Virus record (IMG/VR): IMGVR_UViG_3300008266_007976 | Coordinates: 1-41,338 of that record | Strand: one strand, 5' to 3' | DNA: 41,338 nucleotides | Source of the DNA: a virus | Taxonomy: Duplodnaviria > Caudoviricetes | Part shown: positions 27,174 through 35,921 of the stretch, piece by piece | How positions within the stretch are numbered: position 1 is the first letter of the stretch | How the letters are laid out: every line of letters begins with the position of its first letter | Translations under genes and position numbers: made by a program | Notes under the pieces: generated by a model | Told to the model about the DNA's origin: nothing | The model's input: only the letters and a program-made list of their open reading frames with translations | Databases searched by the model: none

Positions 27174-28672
27174 TGGTAGCGGGTGACGCGGACGGGTCCG
27201 GCGGATGCCAGGGGCGCTGGGTCGTAGAGGTGCAGCCCATCGGCCATGGCCTGCGCGAGTTGTCGGGCGGCGTCGGCGGTGTGGGAGCAATGGTCATGCA
27301 CCGGGATTTCCCGGCCGCCCTCCACCTTCCGGCGGTAGTTCTCAAGGCAGCCCAGTCCGGATGGCAGGTCTGCGCCAGTCTCGGAGATTCGTGGCACGTC
27401 GGTGCGCTTGTCGAAGTAGGAGCGCGAGAGAACCTTCCGGAGTTCCCCGATTCCGAGCCAGATATTGCTGACTCTCGGCACCGTGCGGATGCTGATGTCG
27501 GGAATGCCGGCGGCCACCAGTTGGCTGCGGTAGGACAGACCGGACCCTCTGTCTCTGGTGTCCACGTCGTGAGGGAACAGGTTCAGCGCGATGGGGCGGC
27601 CCATCTCTTGGGACCATGCGCGGATCTGGTCGGCGGTCTGCGCGGCCCCGGTCCCGGTCTGCTCGTAGTGTCGGAGCCAGAGAATCTGGTTGGGCATAAC
27701 CTGCACGAGCCACGCGGCGGCTGCGTCGGCAATCCCGATGTCCCACACGGTCAGGAGCGGCACGCCGGGTTCGGGGTCCAGTTGCATCACTCGGCCCTTG
27801 GCGCGGGCCTGTGTAACTTGCGGGTAAATCTGTCCGGCCACCACGCTGCGGATGCACTCGTCGGGAGTGCTGGGGAACTGGGTGAACATGTCCGGTCCCT
27901 GCACGCGGGCGCGGGCAACGTACCATGCTTGTTGTGCGCGGGTGAGCTGGATGCCATGCTCCGTACCAAGCTGCTCGAAGTAGGCAGCCTGCTCCGCCGG
28001 GGCGACCCAGGTGAGCGGCTGGCCGTGGGTAGACAGGGCGTCCTTGAACAGGGCGTAGGCCTCGCCGTAGGTTCCGCCCTCCATCGTAGTTTCGATGTCG
28101 ATGCGGCCTCCGGTTGGAACGGCATTCAGCGATTGGCGGCGAATCCTCGCGGCCTTCTGCGGGTTCTCCACTGACAACGGGCCAGCCTCTGACCAGTGCA
28201 GGCGCTGCGGTGTGCCGCCCACAAAGCTCACTCCCGCCTCCTGCTTGCTGCCGTTGCTCCATTCCAGCGTCGAAGCATTCTGCTTTAGAAGCGGGTTGGC
28301 CTTGTGGATCCAGCGCCATAGGGTGCCGATCTCCCGGCGCGGGTGCTGCGGGCCTGCCGTCCATGCCGTGCTGGCGATGTCGATCTTCCCCTCGGCATGC
28401 ACTTGGGTGAGGTCGATGTGGGCGGCGTGGATTCCTCCCGGCGTCCAGATACAGGCGTCGAGGTTGTCGATGACGATGGCGGTGGAGATTCCCAGCTTCC
28501 GGGCTTTCGGCACGAAGTTCCGGTTATGGCGGGTCGTGAGGAATCGCCACTGCTCCGGGCGCGGCACGAACGGAACCAGCTGTCCGGAGGCGTCCCGGAT
28601 CTGGTACAGGTTGGCCAGCCTCCATTCCCGGCTCTGGAGGCGGCTGGCGAATTCTCGTTCTGCGGGGGTCAT
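27170..28672 (-). CDS. terL: Terminase large subunit (500 aa)
   Basis: WRLANLYQI, KARKLGIST (Walker A-like), LHWSE, IETT, WDIGIAD nuclease motif, PHD, and HDHCSHTADA. Confidence 0.92.
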   Translation of the reverse strand: MTPAEREFASRLQSREWRLANLYQIRDASGQLVPFVPRPEQWRFLTTRHNRNFVPKARKLGISTAIVIDNLDACIWTPGGIHAAHIDLTQVHAEGKIDIASTAWTAGPQHPRREIGTLWRWIHKANPLLKQNASTLEWSNGSKQEAGVSFVGGTPQRLHWSEAGPLSVENPQKAARIRRQSLNAVPTGGRIDIETTMEGGTYGEAYALFKDALSTHGQPLTWVAPAEQAAYFEQLGTEHGIQLTRAQQAWYVARARVQGPDMFTQFPSTPDECIRSVVAGQIYPQVTQARAKGRVMQLDPEPGVPLLTVWDIGIADAAAAWLVQVMPNQILWLRHYEQTGTGAAQTADQIRAWSQEMGRPIALNLFPHDVDTRDRGSGLSYRSQLVAAGIPDISIRTVPRVSNIWLGIGELRKVLSRSYFDKRTDVPRISETGADLPSGLGCLENYRRKVEGGREIPVHDHCSHTADAARQLAQAMADGLHLYDPAPLASAGPVRVTRYQ

Positions 28673-29019
28673 GGGTTGCAGTCCTCGCACAAATAGGAAC
28701 CCGCTCCGTTGGATCGGAAGAGAAGGCTGCCGCAATGCAGGCACCTGCCGTGCGGATCTTCTGCGCCATCAGGCAATGGTTCGTAGAACACCGGGGTAGT
28801 CGGCCACTGATGCGCCGTTGGGTCGACGACGCCCCCTTCCGGCGTCACGCACCACCAATGCGGACGGAGGTGGACGCCTACCATCGCATGACCCCGAACG
28901 CGGCGAAGTTCAGGAAACGCCATGACAAGCGCCAGCGTTGCCTCCGCGCATTGCAGGCTTGCGGATTCCGTCGTGGGATAGTGTCCGGCTATCCAATGGG
29001 TGTATTGATCGGCGCTCAT
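28669..29019 (-). CDS. Cys-His-Asp (transglutaminase/papain-like) protein with a C-terminal Zn ribbon (116 aa)
   Basis: QCAEAT...HWWC...VVDPTAHQW, then CLHC...CEDC; ATGA-coupled on both sides. Confidence 0.6.
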   Translation of the reverse strand: MSADQYTHWIAGHYPTTESASLQCAEATLALVMAFPELRRVRGHAMVGVHLRPHWWCVTPEGGVVDPTAHQWPTTPVFYEPLPDGAEDPHGRCLHCGSLLFRSNGAGSYLCEDCNP

Positions 29020-29540
29020 GTCGGCTGATACGTTCCCTTGACCACGGCGAAGACGACCATTTCCGCCGCGTGCAGTGACGGGCCTTCGGTCTGCGCCTTG
29101 TCCCATCCGTTCATCCGCATGAGGTGGCCAGCGGCTGCCAGCTTGTCCGGCATCTCCACCCGCTTCACCGCGCCGTTTTCATGATACTCGACCTTGTGGG
29201 CAATCCTGTGTTCCGGCGTGACTTCCGCAATCGGCGTGCGGATGACGGCTGCGAAAAAGCTTTGGAGTTCGTCTCGGCTGATCTCGCTGCGCGATGCCTG
29301 CTGTTCCTTGAGCCAATGAATGCGGGCGGCTACCTCGGGGCGCATGAGAATCAGCTTGGCGCTCCGGCGGTGGTGCGGCTCAAGCGTGGTGTCATTGGCC
29401 ACCTCCCGGTAAACCTCGGCATCGCCCATCTCTGGATTGGAAAGGAGGTGCTGGACAAACGCTTCCGTAAATCGGTCCTGCAACGGATGCTCTGGGCCAA
29501 GGAGTAGCTTCGGGGCGACCTTACGTTTTACGGAGGGCAT
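29016..29540 (-). CDS. terS: Terminase small subunit (174 aa)
   Basis: AKLILMRPEVAARIHWL helix and VEMPDKLAAAGHL motif; upstream of TerL. Confidence 0.75.
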   Translation of the reverse strand: MPSVKRKVAPKLLLGPEHPLQDRFTEAFVQHLLSNPEMGDAEVYREVANDTTLEPHHRRSAKLILMRPEVAARIHWLKEQQASRSEISRDELQSFFAAVIRTPIAEVTPEHRIAHKVEYHENGAVKRVEMPDKLAAAGHLMRMNGWDKAQTEGPSLHAAEMVVFAVVKGTYQPT

Positions 29541-30154
29541 CGGAGGGCATAGTCTGTGGTTTCGCATTCGAGGATCACGGAACCGCCGCGGTGCATGCGG
29601 CTGCTGATCCTGGTGTCCGCTTGGTCCCACTCGGAGGTGGGCAGGTTGGTGGTAATGATTGTCCACTTTCCAAGGCGGAAGTTCAACAGATTGTAAAACA
29701 GCCCGATGGTGGCATGTGTGCGGTGTTCGGCGCCGGCGTCGTCGATGACCAGCACCTCAGCCTCGCGGGCAATGTCGATGCGCCGGCGGATGTCTGTGTG
29801 TTCCTGCCATCGGGCGGCGGTGTCCGGCCAGTTGAGGAATTTGGTTGGCGTGGTGCTGCGCAGGTGCGGTCTGACTGCGTCGAGAATCATGGTGGCCAGT
29901 AGCGTCTTCCCGGTTCCGTTCCCGGCTCCGGCGCGTCCGTACAGGGTCAACCAGATTGGCGGCTGGCGGTGGATGATGGCGGCCGCGTACCGTTCCCCCC
30001 ACTTCCGCATCTTGCGGAGGACCGGGTCGTCGAACGTTTGGAACCCGTCAAAAGTCGGTGGGGAGGAAGTCCCCGTCGAGGGCGGCCGGGTTTGCTCTGG
30101 GCGTTGCTGCCACGTTTCTTGTAGGCTGGCGATTCTCTGGGCGATAGTTTGCAT
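29528..30154 (-). CDS. DnaC/IstB-like AAA+ ATPase (helicase loader)
   Basis: LYG...GTGKT Walker A, VLVIDDAGAE Walker B, TIITTNL and RISSR. Confidence 0.88.
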   Translation of the reverse strand: MQTIAQRIASLQETWQQRPEQTRPPSTGTSSPPTFDGFQTFDDPVLRKMRKWGERYAAAIIHRQPPIWLTLYGRAGAGNGTGKTLLATMILDAVRPHLRSTTPTKFLNWPDTAARWQEHTDIRRRIDIAREAEVLVIDDAGAEHRTHATIGLFYNLLNFRLGKWTIITTNLPTSEWDQADTRISSRMHRGGSVILECETTDYALRCPP

Positions 30155-30638
30155 GGGTTTCCAGTTTGTGGAGGTTCAAGCCCTGCCAGTTTCCGGCAAT
30201 GGCTGCGGTGATGCGGTCGGCCACGATCTGCGGGCCATGGGATTGCGTGAATGCCTCCACCGAGTTGGCGGACAGGCGGGCGGCCTGTGCGGTCCATGGA
30301 AGCCGCAGGCGGCTGGTCGGGTGGGATGCGCGGTTCTGACGGTAAGTCTGCCATTCCTTCCACGCTGCCAGCACCTGTGGGCCTACGCATTCCGGCGGGC
30401 TAATAGTACATGCTTCCGGCTCCGGGCCGTAGGTGGTGCGCTTCGGCTTGGGAACCTGCTCCTCGACGGGAGGCGGTTCCGGTGGTGGCACTGAGCGGCG
30501 CAGTCTCCACGCGGCCGTCCGCTCGGCGCTGGTGCCTTTACCGGGCCGCATCTCAACCGTCCCGTCCGGAGCAACGCGGACGGTGTAGCGGTGGGTGGCG
30601 GCGGCCTCCATAAGCCGGATGAGTTCCTCGGGGGTCAT
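30048..30638 (-). CDS. Putative replication initiator (196 aa)
   Basis: SAERTAAWRLRR, AWKEWQTYR and AIAGNWQGL motifs; immediately upstream of the DnaC-like gene. Confidence 0.7.
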   Translation of the reverse strand: MTPEELIRLMEAAATHRYTVRVAPDGTVEMRPGKGTSAERTAAWRLRRSVPPPEPPPVEEQVPKPKRTTYGPEPEACTISPPECVGPQVLAAWKEWQTYRQNRASHPTSRLRLPWTAQAARLSANSVEAFTQSHGPQIVADRITAAIAGNWQGLNLHKLETHANYRPENRQPTRNVAATPRANPAALDGDFLPTDF

Positions 30639-30859
30639 GGCATCAGCAGTTCCGCCTGTGAAATCCACCCGCCGTTGCCATCCGCGATCCGGTTTCCGTC
30701 CGGGCTGGCGTAGGCTTTGGGGCCGGGTTTCAGTCCATGGCTGCGGACGGCGCGGATGGCGTCGGCCTTGGTGCTGGCCATGGCGTAGCAGGAGATTCCG
30801 TTTCCGTTCAAGGAGACTCCCCAGCGGCGGAATCCGCGGGGCCAGTGAGAGCATTTCAT
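30635..30859 (-). CDS. Hypothetical protein (74 aa)
   Basis: ATGA-coupled at both ends; GGGGG SD-like element upstream. Confidence 0.6.
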   Translation of the reverse strand: MKCSHWPRGFRRWGVSLNGNGISCYAMASTKADAIRAVRSHGLKPGPKAYASPDGNRIADGNGGWISQAELLMP

Positions 30860-31008
30860 GAGTCCCCCCTTTCCAGATCAATGTCGCAGCCGTCCTGATC
30901 TTCCGCAGCGCAACCGATGTGCATCCGGTCGCCAGCGCCTCCCCATGGATCCGGAACCGTTGGTTGGCCGTCCTCAATTTCCTCGCCGCAGTAAGCGCAG
31001 ACACTCAT
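30856..31008 (-). CDS. Small Zn-finger-like protein (50 aa; absent from the ORF track)
   Basis: Hand translation MSVCAYCGEEIEDG...MHIGCAAED...ERGDS* (CxxC...HxxC); GGAGG SD and ATGA coupling. Confidence 0.65.
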   Translation of the reverse strand: MSVCAYCGEEIEDGQPTVPDPWGGAGDRMHIGCAAEDQDGCDIDLERGDS

Positions 31009-31295
31009 TCGGCACCTCCTCCGCTCAATTCCTCAAGCTCAAGCGCCCGGTATGCCAGCAGGTCCACAAGGCTGTCCTCGTGGCTCGGAGTCGCTTCCAA
31101 GCGGGCAAGCTTCACGCATTGCAGGAAGCACCAGACCTGCTCGTTGGTCAGTATGATTCCTGTGTGCCGCCCGAATAGTTGGGCAATTCGGGCCGCGCTG
31201 CGTTCCCGCTTCGCTCCGGTCCCGCTGGTGTCGTATTCGGTGCCGCTCCGTTTGATGGCGTGCAGCGCCCTGGTGAGTATTTCTTCGGCTGTCAT
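31005..31295 (-). CDS. DUF6378-like (nucleotide pyrophosphatase-like, all-alpha) protein (96 aa)
   Basis: RSAARIAQLF...VKLAR...HEDSLVDLLAY signature. Confidence 0.75.
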   Translation of the reverse strand: MTAEEILTRALHAIKRSGTEYDTSGTGAKRERSAARIAQLFGRHTGIILTNEQVWCFLQCVKLARLEATPSHEDSLVDLLAYRALELEELSGGGAE

Positions 31296-31507
31296 TTGAT
31301 TCGGTAGTGGTTGGTTCCGGCCGCAATGCGGCACGCTTCGGCGGAAAGGCGTCCTTGGCAGAGTGCGCCACAGGTCTGCTTGCGGTCCCACGATGACCGG
31401 GTGGCTTTCGGACTGGGCCACATCGGCTCCAGGCATACGCGGCAGAGTTTGGTTTCCGTCTCTCGCCATGTGGCGGAGCGGGTTGGGGATGGCACCTTGA
31501 GACTCAC
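31292..31507 (-). CDS. Zn-finger protein (71 aa, GTG start)
   Basis: CRVC...TCGALC; GGAGG SD with GTGA overlap. Confidence 0.6.
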   Translation of the reverse strand: MSLKVPSPTRSATWRETETKLCRVCLEPMWPSPKATRSSWDRKQTCGALCQGRLSAEACRIAAGTNHYRIK

Positions 31508-31896
31508 GCTGCACCTCCCTTCTCGGACTGGCAGATGCATGGCACCTGCGCCAGTTCCAATTCTGTTTCGAGGGTCGCCACCGCCCATCCGGCGCTGAAC
31601 ACATACCACGCCATCCATTTGTTGTCCGTCTCGCTCTTGAGCGGGCAGGCGATAACCTCATCCATAAGGCGCGGCGAGCATGTCCACAGCCACGCCTTCT
31701 TGGCGAGGTGGAGGCGGTCAGGGATTTCCCTGCCAATGGTGCGCCACCAAAGCTCGAAGTCAGCTCGGACATCGCCATTCTGCCCGGCGTGTTCAAGCCT
31801 TTCATGGTAGGTAAGCGGAACGTCTATGATGAAGAGGCCATGCTCCCGTTCCTCGTGCGTGGGGGCGTCGGGTTCGTAGTGGTCGTGGATGTTCAT
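31504..31896 (-). CDS. Hypothetical protein (130 aa)
   Basis: Coupled ORF ending in EKGGAA. Confidence 0.65.
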   Translation of the reverse strand: MNIHDHYEPDAPTHEEREHGLFIIDVPLTYHERLEHAGQNGDVRADFELWWRTIGREIPDRLHLAKKAWLWTCSPRLMDEVIACPLKSETDNKWMAWYVFSAGWAVATLETELELAQVPCICQSEKGGAA

Positions 31897-32105
31897 AGGC
31901 GTGTCAGGTTCTTGGTTGGGATGTAGACTTCGGAACCGCCTGCCGTGATGGCGACGGCTTCGGGATCAGGGACATTTCTGCCGTCCTGATCTGCGGCACG
32001 GTCCACGACGGTGACGACTGCGCCAGCTTGCAATCCTACGTAACCGCGTAGGCTTGTGCGTTCGGCTTCGCAGTCTTCCTTGAGCGTCATGCGGACACGT
32101 TTCAT
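31893..32105 (-). CDS. Small SH3-like beta protein (70 aa)
   Basis: GAVVTVVD...VYIPTKNL pattern; coupled ORF. Confidence 0.55.
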   Translation of the reverse strand: MKRVRMTLKEDCEAERTSLRGYVGLQAGAVVTVVDRAADQDGRNVPDPEAVAITAGGSEVYIPTKNLTRL

Positions 32106-32782
32106 TACAGCAACGGAATTTGAGTGGTGCGGCGGCCTTCGATGAATTGATGCAGCGCCAGCATTTTGTCTGGTCGTGTCGGGTCACGGAACCATCCGGT
32201 TCCGTCTGCGGACTGCACGCCTAGGCGGTCGCACGTTTCCAGTAGTTCGACCGTGTTGACGCGGCCAACATGCACGGGTCGGCCAGTGGCCACCCATGAT
32301 TCGACTGTTGACCATTTCCAGCGGCTGGTGCCTCCCACAAAAACTACGTCAGCAGCCGGCGGAACGTCGGAGGGGGTCATGCCATCCTGTACCGCAAACG
32401 CCAACGGCCAGCCATATCGTGCGGCCACGGGAGCATATACGGACCACAGACGCAGCGTGGCTTCGGCGTCTGCGACTTGGTCGGGAACCAGCACCCATTG
32501 CGGCCGGAGATTGGACTGGCGAATGCGGGAAAGCATGTCGAGCCACGCCTGTTCATTCCATGGCTGCTGGGTTGTCCATGCGGTGAATGCGTCGTTATCC
32601 AATGCGAATGGCATCCATGTGCGCAGCTTTGTCTTCGGCGCTGCGGTTGGGCCAATGAGCCACCCGATTTTGCCGGGGTATCGACCAGCCCAGAAATGCA
32701 CTTCCGGACTGCTGTGGTTTCCCGGCATGACCATCATGGGGGCGCGGCGCGTGCGTGCCAAGCATTGTGCCCAGTGCATCAC
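32105..32782 (-). CDS. TGT/DpdA-like TIM-barrel transglycosylase (start may be 32737)
   Basis: FALDNDAF, VPD, VQDG, FVGG, VHVGRVN and SADGTGW correspond to TGT-family motifs. Confidence 0.7.
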   Translation of the reverse strand: MMHWAQCLARTRRAPMMVMPGNHSSPEVHFWAGRYPGKIGWLIGPTAAPKTKLRTWMPFALDNDAFTAWTTQQPWNEQAWLDMLSRIRQSNLRPQWVLVPDQVADAEATLRLWSVYAPVAARYGWPLAFAVQDGMTPSDVPPAADVVFVGGTSRWKWSTVESWVATGRPVHVGRVNTVELLETCDRLGVQSADGTGWFRDPTRPDKMLALHQFIEGRRTTQIPLL

Positions 32783-32916
32783 TCTGATTTGGTGGTGGGG
32801 TTTCCGCCGCGGGTGGCGGCTTCATGGAATAGCAGGCCAACGCCAAACACGGCCCCGAGCAGGAAGCACAGGAAGCACAGGATGACGCATAGTCCGGCGG
32901 GAATTCGGTCGTTCAT
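32779..32916 (-). CDS. Small membrane protein (45 aa)
   Basis: One hydrophobic segment, LCVILCFLCFLLGAVFGVGLLF; ATGA-coupled to the resolvase stop. Confidence 0.55.
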   Translation of the reverse strand: MNDRIPAGLCVILCFLCFLLGAVFGVGLLFHEAATRGGNPTTKSE

Positions 32917-33464
32917 AGGTGGATGCGGCGAATGTGTTCGGCGATCAGGGCTGCATCGACCATCCCGGTGTCGGGCTTGCGGCATCTTTGCGGAATGAAT
33001 GATTCGTGCGGCCAGAGTTCGCGGGCCAGTGCTATGGCTGCGGGCTTTGTCTGATCTTTTTCGAGGCGTCCCAGTAGGCATCGTTGCCACGATGCTTTCG
33101 AGTTCCCGCTGTTGGCGGATGTCCATTCATATCCGGCCAGTTCAATGGTGGAAATGGCGAGTCCCCATGAGATGGCCATGGATCTCATTGCGTTTTTGCT
33201 GCGGCTGTGGCGCGGGCAAAGTTCGATGGCGACGAGGATTTTCAAGTCCCGAGGTGGGCGCATAACGTGATCTTTGTAGGCGGCGTCATTGTGCAGAGTT
33301 TTCAAACAGTTTAGGAGCATGGTGGGGAAAATGCGGTTCGCGTTGAGGTGCCTGTCGAAGCAGGTTGGCATGGTGGTCGCGGTGATGAGGGCGCCGGCCA
33401 TATTGAGAAGCGCGAGGCCCCCGGTGATGCCGTTGTCGATTCCGATGATGTGCGTGGGTTTCAT
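32913..33464 (-). CDS. RuvC-like Holliday junction resolvase
   Basis: IIGIDNGITGGLA, a central IE, and DAALIA motifs. Confidence 0.85.
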   Translation of the reverse strand: MKPTHIIGIDNGITGGLALLNMAGALITATTMPTCFDRHLNANRIFPTMLLNCLKTLHNDAAYKDHVMRPPRDLKILVAIELCPRHSRSKNAMRSMAISWGLAISTIELAGYEWTSANSGNSKASWQRCLLGRLEKDQTKPAAIALARELWPHESFIPQRCRKPDTGMVDAALIAEHIRRIHL

Positions 33465-33467
33465 GGT

Positions 33468-35162
33468 TCAGAATTGTTGAGTTGCTGCGGATCCGTCGTT
33501 GATGGTGTCGAAGCCCAGCATTTTCCGTCTGGCTCGCTCCACCATCTTCTCGGAAATCGTGCCCTGCACGCAGGGGATCCACTGCTCGGAGGCGGTCACG
33601 CCGCCCACCCGGTCCACCCGTCCGGTGGCCTGCCGCATGTGGACGGGGTTGTCCGAGGGGAAAATGTAGGCGCTGCGGGGTCGGTCGCCTGTGGTGTCGT
33701 GGAGGCTGACGCTGGCCCCGCCTGCTCCGATCTGATTGATGAGCAGGAATTCCCGGTTCGCTTGAAACTGCCGCTCGAAGTATTGACGGCGGGCCAGCGG
33801 CTGGCCACCATAGAAGCCCGCGTTGGTGTTGAGCATCTTGGCCAATGCCGTGCGGGTTTCCGTGAAGCTCACGAACACGGCAACACTGCGGCCTCCGCGG
33901 ATGTCGGCGCGGATCCGCTCCGCGATGGGTTCAACTAGGGCTTTCTCGGCGGCCTGCCAGATCCTCATGCGGCAGCGTCTCCATTCGATCTCATACTGCC
34001 GGGTTCCGCGGAGGCGGGCGAGGTGGGCTTCGGTGTCGTTCCAGAGTTGGGCGATGCGTTCGCCGGCTGCGCAGCGGATGGGAAGCACGGTGATGGAAGT
34101 CTCCGGGCATTCCTCCCCGAGGTCCTGCTTGCGGACCCGACAGCCCCGGCGCGGGAAGAGTTTGGCATTGATCCGGGCCAGCGCGGAGAAGTCTCCGTCC
34201 CATTTCCATGTCTTTGATCCCTTCGGCTTGCTGCACCCATGCCGCACAAGGAAGCGGTTCCAGTCCTCGGCTCCGTCGTGCAGTCCGACAATGCGGCCGG
34301 CGAATCGGAATTCGCGGGGGTCGATGGCGATGGTGGCGGAGGCGGCGATGATCGGAATGCCCTGCCTCACGGCTCCGGAGCAGAGGGCGACGTTCAGCGT
34401 GTCGTCATGCCGGAGGGCCTGCGCCTCGTCGAGAATGAGAATGATGTCGTCCGGCGACTGCCACACAAAGGTTCCGTCATCGCGCTGGGCGACAACGTGC
34501 GGGCGGTTGCCGCTCCGGAGTCCCTCATAGGTTCCGATGAAGTGCGGCTCTGTCCCGAAATGCTGGAATGCACGCTCCCACCCGGCGCGGCCCACGACCG
34601 GGCAGAGGACGACCACCTTCCGGCCTGTGGCCAGCGCGGCGGCCAGTCCCATGTACGTCTTCCCGGTCCCCATGTCAGAAAAATCCACGGCTCCGGGGTA
34701 TCCCCATTCCTGCTTCCCGTGGGTCAGGGAGCGGAATAGCTGGCGGGCTGGTATCACCTGATACCCTCGCAGCTTCCCTTCGAGGTCATGCGGCAGCGGG
34801 TCCAGCACAAGTTCCGGCTCCGGGAGGTCCAGCGTCCCGGTGGCCTGCTCGGCGCGGCGGGCGTCGAGGCGGGCAATCTTCTCCAGCGTGACGGGCGTCA
34901 GGCAGCCGTCGATGGTGAGCCACTGCTGCAACGTCGTCTTGTCGTTCCAGCTATTGAGTCCCCACCCGGCGCGGGTCATGGCTCCGCCGTAGGTCTTCCA
35001 CCAAATGCGGAACCGGGCTTCATCCGGGAGATTGATCGGGACGGCCCGGAAAAGGCATAGCCCCGCCGCCGTCCTGCGCGGCGACGGGGTCGGAGGCGCA
35101 GACCACCAGTCCGGCCACGCAGGAGGAACGAGGAATCGGCTGGCTGGCGGCGCTGCGGTCAT
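33468..35162 (-). CDS. SF2 (SNF2-like) helicase (564 aa)
   Basis: LRGYQ, DMGTGKT, LDEAQ, SAT, GGASVSL and QATGRVDRVG motifs. Confidence 0.9.
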   Translation of the reverse strand: MTAAPPASRFLVPPAWPDWWSAPPTPSPRRTAAGLCLFRAVPINLPDEARFRIWWKTYGGAMTRAGWGLNSWNDKTTLQQWLTIDGCLTPVTLEKIARLDARRAEQATGTLDLPEPELVLDPLPHDLEGKLRGYQVIPARQLFRSLTHGKQEWGYPGAVDFSDMGTGKTYMGLAAALATGRKVVVLCPVVGRAGWERAFQHFGTEPHFIGTYEGLRSGNRPHVVAQRDDGTFVWQSPDDIILILDEAQALRHDDTLNVALCSGAVRQGIPIIAASATIAIDPREFRFAGRIVGLHDGAEDWNRFLVRHGCSKPKGSKTWKWDGDFSALARINAKLFPRRGCRVRKQDLGEECPETSITVLPIRCAAGERIAQLWNDTEAHLARLRGTRQYEIEWRRCRMRIWQAAEKALVEPIAERIRADIRGGRSVAVFVSFTETRTALAKMLNTNAGFYGGQPLARRQYFERQFQANREFLLINQIGAGGASVSLHDTTGDRPRSAYIFPSDNPVHMRQATGRVDRVGGVTASEQWIPCVQGTISEKMVERARRKMLGFDTINDGSAATQQF

Positions 35163-35518
35163 AGCGTGCGGAATGAGGTTCCGGCGAGTTCGTACCCGTA
35201 GACGGTCAGGCCATCGTCGCGCCAACCTTTGGCCACAGATTCATCAGTGGTGGTGTGGAAAAGCCCCGGATCGGATGCGCTGCGGATTGCCCACACGGTT
35301 TCCGGCTCTTCGGCGTAGATTACGAATTTTCTGCCGCTGAAAATGCACGCAACGGTTGGTCCTTGGGTGATGTCCTTCCAGTGTTCATTGTCCCGATCCC
35401 GCCAGACGATTCTCTTCCCGGCATGAATGGCGGTGTAGATGGCTGCCAGTTCTCCGCAGATTTCCCGGAATCTGTCGGGACTGCAATTTGGCCAAGTGTC
35501 TTGGGGGGCCGGAATCAT
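35159..35518 (-). CDS. Hypothetical protein (119 aa)
   Basis: AGGAGG SD plus ATGA coupling. Confidence 0.7.
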   Translation of the reverse strand: MIPAPQDTWPNCSPDRFREICGELAAIYTAIHAGKRIVWRDRDNEHWKDITQGPTVACIFSGRKFVIYAEEPETVWAIRSASDPGLFHTTTDESVAKGWRDDGLTVYGYELAGTSFRTL

Positions 35519-35718
35519 GACTGGCCTCCTTTCTTGATGGCGATAAGTGCCTGTTCCCGGACTGACTGCGGAACCTCCATCGTGTGGTAGATGTCGAACA
35601 AGGCCTGCCGGAGTTGGTGGATGCGGTCGCGTTGGCGCTTGATCGTGCGGGCCATGTCCAAAGCGCAGTATGCGCCGGCGGCCACGGCGATGACTTGCAG
35701 AACCTGCTGAAGTGTCAT
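35515..35718 (-). CDS. Small membrane-anchored protein (67 aa)
   Basis: MTLQQVLQVIAVAAGAYCAL...KKGGQS; SD plus ATGA junction. Confidence 0.7.
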   Translation of the reverse strand: MTLQQVLQVIAVAAGAYCALDMARTIKRQRDRIHQLRQALFDIYHTMEVPQSVREQALIAIKKGGQS

Positions 35719-35921
35719 TCGGCACCTCCTTCCGTGGCCGTGAAAGCATCGGTTGGCGTGCTGGCCATTGTTGCCTGCGAGGCTTTGAACGCCTGTCGCA
35801 GTAGTTCGTGGTAGCGGAGGCGGGCGTCGTGGTACGGGAATTCGTTTTCGATGGTCATTTGTTCCGCCGGGAGTCCGGGAGATACCATGCGAACGATCAG
35901 TTGAACTTTGGCGCGTTTCAT
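35715..35921 (-). CDS. Hypothetical protein (68 aa)
   Basis: MKRAKVQL...EGGAE; SD plus ATGA junction. Confidence 0.7.
   Translation of the reverse strand: MKRAKVQLIVRMVSPGLPAEQMTIENEFPYHDARLRYHELLRQAFKASQATMASTPTDAFTATEGGAE

Noticed and set aside
29531-29550. 10-bp tandem duplication cggagggcat x2 at the DnaC/TerS junction
   Set aside because: Too short to support a function; probably slippage at a gene overlap.
30639-31004. 318-aa version of the replication initiator
   Set aside because: The region is better explained by two ATGA-coupled small genes; the initiator starts at 30638.
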